Assembly (NCBI RefSeq): GCF_006345805.1
Contig: NW_021825235.1
Coordinates: forward strand, 1-16,309
Length of the DNA: 16,309 nucleotides
Direction of reading: 5' to 3'
Source of the DNA: Octopus sinensis
Lineage: Eukaryota
This document shows positions 10,128-16,309 of the stretch, piece after piece. The notes under the pieces were generated by a model. The model was not told where the DNA came from. It did no database searches and saw only the letters and a list, made by a program, of their open reading frames with translations. A program made the position numbers and the translations under genes. Every line of letters begins with the position of its first letter. The stretch's first letter is position 1.

Positions 10128-10250
10128 CATTAACTATCGCGAATTCTAATTTGAGTTTTAAAAACCGCTTGATTCTGTAGTGATGTATGTATGTATGTAT
10201 GTATGTATGTATGTATGTATGTATGTATGTATGTATGTATGTATGTATGT
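10060..10250. repeat. (CA)n and (ATGT)n microsatellites
   Basis: CA tract at about 10060-10130; perfect ATGT run at about 10182-10250. Confidence 0.93.
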
Positions 10251-10254
10251 ATAT

Positions 10255-10445
10255 CAAGTCGAAATTTATAGAAAAACAAAAGACGAAGACAAGTGTATGA
10301 AGTACAGACAAGTGTACTAGTTTGAAGCTCGGGAAAAATGAAAAAGTATTTTACATTTCGAGCCTACGCTCTTTAACAGGAAGAATAAGAGGAATAAACA
10401 GAGAGAATGAAAAGACATGTAGATTTCAGCGAAAGAACACATCGT
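10255..10445 (-). mobile_element. Short non-coding element with degenerate hammerhead motif, subfamily B copy 1
   Basis: Aligns with 14005-14150 (AAAAACAAAAGAC(G/A)AAGAC, GCTC(A)GGGAAAAATGAA, TTTCGAGCCTA). Minus-strand core at 10379-10352: CTGTTAA-A-GAGC-GTAG-GCTC-GAAAT-GTA. Confidence 0.75.
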
Positions 10446-10816
<371 letters not shown>

Positions 10817-10983
10817 GTTAATCCAAACAAGAAAACACAAAAAACACAACGCGAGGACGTGGAACAAATATAGTATTATTGGACGTTTCGAGCGGAGCTC
10901 TTCGTCGGAAACATAAGAGAAGGAAAGATCCAGAGAAGGGAAGACAGAGGAAAAAAATCGCCTACGGTACACACGAGGTCACA
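10817..10983 (-). mobile_element. Short non-coding element with near-intact minimal hammerhead, subfamily A copy 2
   Basis: Homologous to 407-585; (TA)n lies at its minus-strand 3' end. Confidence 0.8.
10882..10908 (-). ncRNA. Minimal type-I hammerhead-like core
   Basis: CCGACGA-A-GAGC-TCC-GCTC-GAAAC-GTC: one substitution from CUGANGA, a 4-bp stem II, a palindromic ACGU in place of stem III, and a GUC triplet. Confidence 0.6.
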
Positions 10984-10984
10984 A

Positions 10985-11642
10985 TGGAGGGTGTTTCAGC
11001 AACACAAAATCCGACGTGAAGCCCAATTGTTGAATGGTTTCAACGGTGTGGCCCACCGTAAGTGGGTGGGCATTTTCATGCAACAACAACACTTGATTTG
11101 ACAATAGTTTTCAGCGTTATGTGCGAATGGCTGGTTTCTTGGCCAGCATCTCACTGTAACCTTCATTGGTAACTGTAGACCACTTTCCCAGGTTTTGTTC
11201 CAGTGTAAACCTTTTTTGTTATAAAAACGGAAAGCATAATTTTTTCTGCAGAAGGCTCAGTCTTAAATTTCTTTTTCGCCGGGTGTTCTGAGTGGTTCCA
11301 TTGTCTTTTGGATTGTGGCCAAAAGTGATAGATCCAGGTGTCATCTCCCATGATTATTCTCTCCAAAAAGCTTCGGCTTCATCGTTATAGCGATCGATTA
11401 AGCGTTGACTGACCCCACAGTATTCAGCTCATGCACTTCGCTAAGTTCTCATAGCACCCATCTCTCAGAGACTCAACGGAAACGAAGCTTGTCGGGGAAT
11501 ATTTCGTATGCAGAACTATGACCACTTTGCAGAGAACAGGTCACCTCATCGATGATCACTCATCGGTTTGTCAGAACCATCTCTTGAGCTTTTTGAATCT
11601 TCACATCAGTAATAGAGACTGGTGGACCTCCTGCTCCCTCAT
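10985..11642 (-). pseudogene. Decayed mariner (Tc1/mariner, DD34D-type) transposase fragment
   Basis: Minus strand across stops and frameshifts: GGPPVSITDVKIQKAQEMVLTNR*VIIDEV (cf. GRP HTH), VSERWVL (WVP), ERIIMGDDTWIY (GDETW), KKFKTEPSAEKIMLSVF, KPAIRT*R*KLLSNQVLLLHENAHP (HDNA), LKHPP. Truncated before YSPDL and the third Asp; no TIRs seen. Confidence 0.92.
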
Positions 11643-11643
11643 T

Positions 11644-11690
11644 GATATCTATAGTTGTATATCTGTAGTTGATATCTGTAGTTGTATATT
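11644..11690. repeat. Short tandem repeat of alternating 13- and 14-nt units
   Basis: GATATCTATAGTT / GTATATCTGTAGTT / GATATCTGTAGTT / GTATATT. Confidence 0.85.
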
Positions 11691-12289
11691 AGTCTTAAAC
11701 AAGAAGAGTTTGGGTGCTTGGCTATTTGAGTACACTTTCTTCAGTGCAAAGTCTGGAATATAAGAAATTATAGGGGTTAACAAAGGAAGAGAGATTAATG
11801 TATTGTGACGTTAAGTGGAGTGGCTAAACAACAGGGTAGTTCAGAGGAGTCGTTCTAGAAGTCGTTGCAAAGAGACAGGTCGGTAGGTCGAAAGGTTGAA
11901 TCGGGTTGGTTCCGGAAAAGGCTTTGTGTTCTGCATCAACGTTCATTTAGGACGTTGTCACTTATGCCCATCCGCCATTAAATAACATAAAATAAACAAG
12001 TCTCCAAAATATTAGTTGCTCTCTTAGGTGCAAGAAAGTTTAGAGGAGCCGGTAACATTAATAAAATGTGGAACAGAAACGAATTTAATGACAAAAGTCA
12101 GTTGACCATCTCCTTAATCTAAGCTGTCGGAAACTCGTCATGTTAGGGAATCCTGGTGTGACGCACCATAGGAGCCTCTCTCCAAATACCTCTCTGCTAC
12201 TTGGTTATAATACTTCAGTTGAAATACGTATAAACACGAGCAAACGTATATGACTATACCCATATACATATATTTGTATATATTATATA

Positions 12290-12320
<31 letters not shown>

Positions 12321-12937
12321 GTGTGTGTGTGTGTGTGGTGTATACAGACACGTATACATATACACACATATAATGTATGTACGAATATAAATACACACAT
12401 GCACATATGAGTAAATACGCTGTCAAATATTCCGAATATATATCACTGGTATGTTTTGTACAAAGATCAGCCGACAGCTAAGGTAGCGGGTTCGCAGCTA
12501 ACGTAGGGTGGTGTGAGAAATTACTATGAACCCTTTATCAGTTCACTTTACATCACTAATGTCATGGTCAAGTTGCTCCCTTCTTTATACCTTCTTTTTA
12601 ACTATCCACCCTCACCCATCATATTTTATACTGTTTCTAACAGAATTTATATTTTTATTTTAATGTGTGTATAAATGGAGATAATACAAGGTGGAGGAAA
12701 GTTAGCCCCTCCTCCCCCAAAAGGGTTGCGGCAGGCCAACGGGTGGGATCGGAGTTTGAGGTTTTCGTTGACGTTTTATTAGCTTCACTTTATCATCACG
12801 GCAGCAATTCAATGATATGAGGGCAAGGTTCAAACACATCTTCCCCTTTCCAACGAAAACAAAACGGAATTGAGGCTGGCAGGACCGGGGAAAAAATGTA
12901 GGGGATATATACGTATACATGTGTATGTGTAGAGAAA

Positions 12938-12942
<5 letters not shown>

Positions 12943-13018
<76 letters not shown>
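12943..13018. repeat. (AG)n microsatellite
   Basis: About 38 perfect units. Confidence 0.97.
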
Positions 13019-13021
<3 letters not shown>

Positions 13022-13304
13022 GTCCTCTACAGTGTGCGTAGACAAGACAGTAAATGCTAGGAAGTGGGGAAAAAGGGTGTGAAGTAGGTGGTGAAAAGGT
13101 GAGAGAACTGGGGACGTTGAGGAAAGAAGGTAGAAAAGCTAATAACACTTTAAATAATAACTTGAAAAGTTGATCTCACGTTTCACTGATCCGGAGTAAC
13201 GATATGTATCGAGATGGAGGGAGAGGAGGACAAGCAAGATCCAAGCGCCCTTCTCTCTCACCCTTACACACACACACACATTATTCATACGCATATATGT
13301 AATA

Positions 13305-13314
13305 TAATATTATA

Positions 13315-13384
<70 letters not shown>

Positions 13385-13405
13385 ATATATATATATATAT
13401 ATATA
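13305..13405. repeat. (TA)n microsatellite
   Basis: Read directly from the sequence. Confidence 0.95.
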
Positions 13406-13552
13406 AACACAACCTGCAAAGCGACAGGAGTACATATACACAAAGATGTGCGCACGAGCAAGTATAACTGTACGCATTTAAGCACACATTTAAGCATGTC
13501 TAGGACAAGATTCATTACTAGCAATTTGTAACTCCTGCACACCCTTCCTACA

Positions 13553-13588
13553 CTCCTCCTCCTCCTCCTCCTCCTCCTCTTCCTCCTC
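13553..13588. repeat. (CCT)n microsatellite
   Basis: Read directly from the sequence. Confidence 0.93.
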
Positions 13589-13644
13589 TTTTATATTATT
13601 TTGAATAGTTTTCAATGATAAGGCCACAACCTTAGGAAAAAAAA

Positions 13645-13790
13645 TATGCTATGCTACATTTGTTTCGGCTCTTTAATGTTCTGAGTTCGAGTTCTGTCGA
13701 AGTTAGCTTTATCTCTTATACATCTGGTGTCAAGAAAATAAGTTACTTAGACCGATATGATCGACTAAACCTATTCTCTTAAATTTACCG
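13645..13790 (+). mobile_element. Degenerate SINE family B copy
   Basis: TGTTCTGAGTTCGAGTTCTGTCGAAGTTAGCTTT..AAAATAAGT..CCGATATGATCGACT is colinear with 15022-15122. Confidence 0.65.
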
Positions 13791-14004
13791 CTTCGTACCT
13801 ACCCTAGTAACAATTATTACTGTTAAGAATTAAAATGCCTATCATCGACGAAAACACTTGCCACGGTTTCTATTGCAACAACTAAAGTCTCCGCACCTCT
13901 GCGTTTGACCACTATATCACTAACATTATTTATGTCAGAAACTATATAGAGGTGTGTATGTGTGCCTACATGTACACACACGCGCGCGCGTATATATGGT
14001 TCAA

Positions 14005-14150
14005 ATGTTAAAAAAACAAAAGACAAAGACTGGTATTAATTTGACGCTCAGGGAAAAATGAAGTTTTTGACGTTTCGAGCCTAGGCTTTCAGATAGAAAG
14101 AAATGAGAGGAAAAAAATTGAGAGAGAGAGATAGAGAAAGAGAGGGAAAA
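14005..14150 (-). mobile_element. Short non-coding element with degenerate hammerhead motif, subfamily B copy 2
   Basis: Minus strand at 14100-14065: CTTT-CTATCTGA-AAGC-CTAG-GCTC-GAAAC-GTC-AAAA. GAAACGUC and a UUU/AAA stem I are retained; the first box is corrupted. Confidence 0.75.
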
Positions 14151-14157
14151 TGGAGAT

Positions 14158-14553
14158 AGGCGTAGGAGTGGCTGTGTGGTAAGTAGCTTGCTTACGAACC
14201 ACGTGGTTCCGGGTTCAGTCTCACTACGTGGCACCTTGGGCGTCTTCTACTATAGCCTCGGGCCGACCAAAGCCTTGTGAGTGGATTTGGTAGACGGAAA
14301 CTGAAAGAAGCCCGTCGTATACACATATATATATATGTGTGTGTATATGTTTGTGTGTCTGTGTTTGTCCCCCATCATCGCTTGACAGCCGATGCTGGTG
14401 TGTTTACGTCCCCGTTACTTAGCGGTTCGGCAAAAGTGACCGATAGAATAAGTACTAGGCTTACAAAGAATAAGTCGATTTGCTCGACTAAAGGCGGTGC
14501 TCCAGCATGGCCACAGTCAAACGTCTGAAACAAGTAAAAGAGTAAAAGAGAGT
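14158..14553 (+). mobile_element. tRNA-derived SINE, family A, full length
   Basis: Colinear with 2545-2960, apart from an 8-nt deletion (AAGTC|GATTTGC vs AAGTCCCGGGGTCGATTTGC). Confidence 0.92.
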
Positions 14554-14865
14554 AATATCCTTCTGTTAATAACAATGCAAATAACGACACGCAATGGTTC
14601 GATACCGCTTTTTAAATTTTTTCTCAATCGGTTAAATATTTAACCAGCTAACCAATCGATTGTTTTTTTTATCGTTTACTGTGATGATTTAACAATCAAT
14701 CAGTTGTTAGTCAAAGTTCTTTCCTCTCTACACATGACCTTTTCAGTGACATATTCTTACTCTTCAACTCGCATACATACATATCCATCAGTGACGCTCA
14801 ATCACATGTACACAGTGTCAAAAGGCATTATAATCAGATCGTACTTAACGTACGTATATGCGAAC

Positions 14866-14953
14866 GTATGTATGTATGTATGTATGTATGTATGTATGTA
14901 TGTTGTATGTATGGATGGATGGATGGATGGATGGATGGATGGATGGATGGATG
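14866..14953. repeat. Compound (TATG)n(GATG)n microsatellite
   Basis: Read directly from the sequence. The same GGAT units resume after 15188. Confidence 0.95.
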
Positions 14954-14956
14954 AAA

Positions 14957-15188
14957 GGCGGCGAGCTGGCAGAAACGTTTGCACGTCGGGCGAAATGCTT
15001 AGCGGTATTCCGTCTGCGTTACGTTGTGAGTTCGAATTCCGCTGAGGTCGACTTTGCCTTTCATCCTTTCGGGGTCGATAAATTAAGTACCAGTTACGCA
15101 CTGGGGTCGATGTAATCGACTTAATACCTATGTCTGTCCTTGTTTGTCCCCTCTGTGTTTAGCCCCATGTGGGTAATAAAGAAATAGG
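14957..15188 (+). mobile_element. tRNA-derived SINE, family B, full length
   Basis: Box A-like AGCTGGCAGAA and box B-like GAGTTCGAATTCC, central GCCTTTCATCCTTTCGGGGTCGATAAATTAAGTACCAG, ending AATAAAGAAATAGG. A second copy starts at 16229. Confidence 0.9.
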
Positions 15189-15458
15189 ATGGATGGATGT
15201 ATGTTCTGGCACTCCGTCGGTTACTATGACGATATGCATGATGTCACAGGTGTACAATTAGTGACAATGCAGACAAACATTTTTAAAGTAAGTTAGGTGT
15301 CCCTTTTCAAGATGATAATGCCTCAGCTGGCCGAAACTTCGAAGCCACTGTCTAAGCTGTTCTTGTTAAATTTGTCCTCTGCAAAAGTATTGAGGAATCC
15401 TCCACTTCAGATATGCATATGAAGTGAAGGATTCCCTTTACAAACACAGACACACACT

Positions 15459-15459
<1 letters not shown>

Positions 15460-15501
<42 letters not shown>

Positions 15502-15624
15502 GGTAAAAACGGTAAGATAACAGAAGAAAGAAAAGACCTCAATATTATGTAAATAGAGGAAATTTATCTGTACAATAATTGTCCATATTATTGTACAGAT
15601 ATATATATATATATATATAATATA

Positions 15625-15717
<93 letters not shown>

Positions 15718-15737
15718 TATATACATACATATACATA

Positions 15738-15769
<32 letters not shown>

Positions 15770-15860
15770 CAGAGAGAGAGAGAGTTAGAGAGAGAGAGAG
15801 TGTTAGAGAGAGAGGAGGGAGAGAGTAATTGAGAGTGAGAGAGAGGTGGGAGAGAGAATG
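15460..15860. repeat. (TA)n tracts and degenerate (GA)n tract
   Basis: TA at about 15460-15500 and 15598-15770; GA at about 15770-15860. Confidence 0.9.
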
Positions 15861-16228
15861 ATGCAAATAAACAAATAAAACTGCCTGGTTTTGATAGGCA
15901 TAGTATATATGCATGTATACTTGTAAATAGAGAGAAAGCAAAGTTTGAAAATTTTCAGATGATGAATATTTAAGGATAACTACTAATGATTCTTAGGTAC
16001 GTGGTATTTCAGTGCTGGCTATATTTTCTATCGAATATCTGTAGAAATAACCTTGACAAAATAATTCAAGTACCAATATATAGATATTTATTTATTAGCA
16101 GAGCAAACTTACTAACTACAAAGATAGAGAAAATTAAAGGGTTGAAGGTATGGTGTTACAAATACAACAGCTGTTTCTGAGAGCTCGAAGTTCCTTCACA
16201 ATGTTGGCAGATATATGTCACCAGACAA

Positions 16229-16309
16229 GGCGGCGAGCTGGCAGAAACGTTAACACGCCGGGCGAAATGCGTAGCCGTATTTCGTCTGCCGTTACGTTCC
16301 GAGTTCAAA
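16229..16309 (+). mobile_element. SINE family B 5' part (cut by window edge)
   Basis: GGCGGCGAGCTGGCAGAAACGTT..CGGGCGAAATGC is nearly identical to the start of the 14957 copy. Confidence 0.9.

Noticed and set aside
12740-12805. Minus-strand GTGATGA as a C/D snoRNA C box
   Set aside because: No CTGA D box or terminal stem at a suitable distance.
13823-13930. Protein-like reads on both strands (MPIIDENTCHGFYCNN; VVKRRGAETLVVAIETV)
   Set aside because: Short, with no convincing splice sites or recognisable family.
15308-15342. Plus-strand TGATAA-TGCC-TCAGCT-GGC-CGAAAC as a hammerhead
   Set aside because: The first box is not CUGANGA, stem II is only 3 bp, and stem I/III cannot be drawn; too weak to count.
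16166-16207. Minus-strand GTGAAGGA..GAAAC-AGCT-GTT as a hammerhead remnant
   Set aside because: The palindromic AGCU loop is suggestive, but the first box and stem II are too degenerate to support a call.

Overview
Repeat-rich, essentially non-coding eukaryotic nuclear DNA, most likely from an octopus (inferred from the SINE families and microsatellite load, not from a marker gene). No intact gene is supported, and almost all ORFs in the supplied track are microsatellite or SINE artefacts. Supported content: (1) about nine copies or remnants of two tRNA-derived SINE families; (2) a decayed Penelope-like retroelement (RT thumb plus GIY-YIG endonuclease, Naiad-like) at about 4290-5482 (-), with a possible older fragment at about 5600-6000; (3) a decayed mariner transposase at 10985-11642 (-); (4) a structurally complete non-autonomous Helentron/HINE at 6221-6571; (5) many di-, tri- and tetranucleotide microsatellites. 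The most notable signal is a set of up to seven minimal type-I hammerhead-ribozyme-like motifs, all on the minus strand. Four lie in short (150-190 bp) non-coding, microsatellite-associated elements of two related subfamilies. One (997-1086) keeps both catalytic boxes and has an unusually long stem II. Two low-confidence host exon candidates and one peptide-precursor-like small ORF are also noted. All alignments and folds were done by eye.
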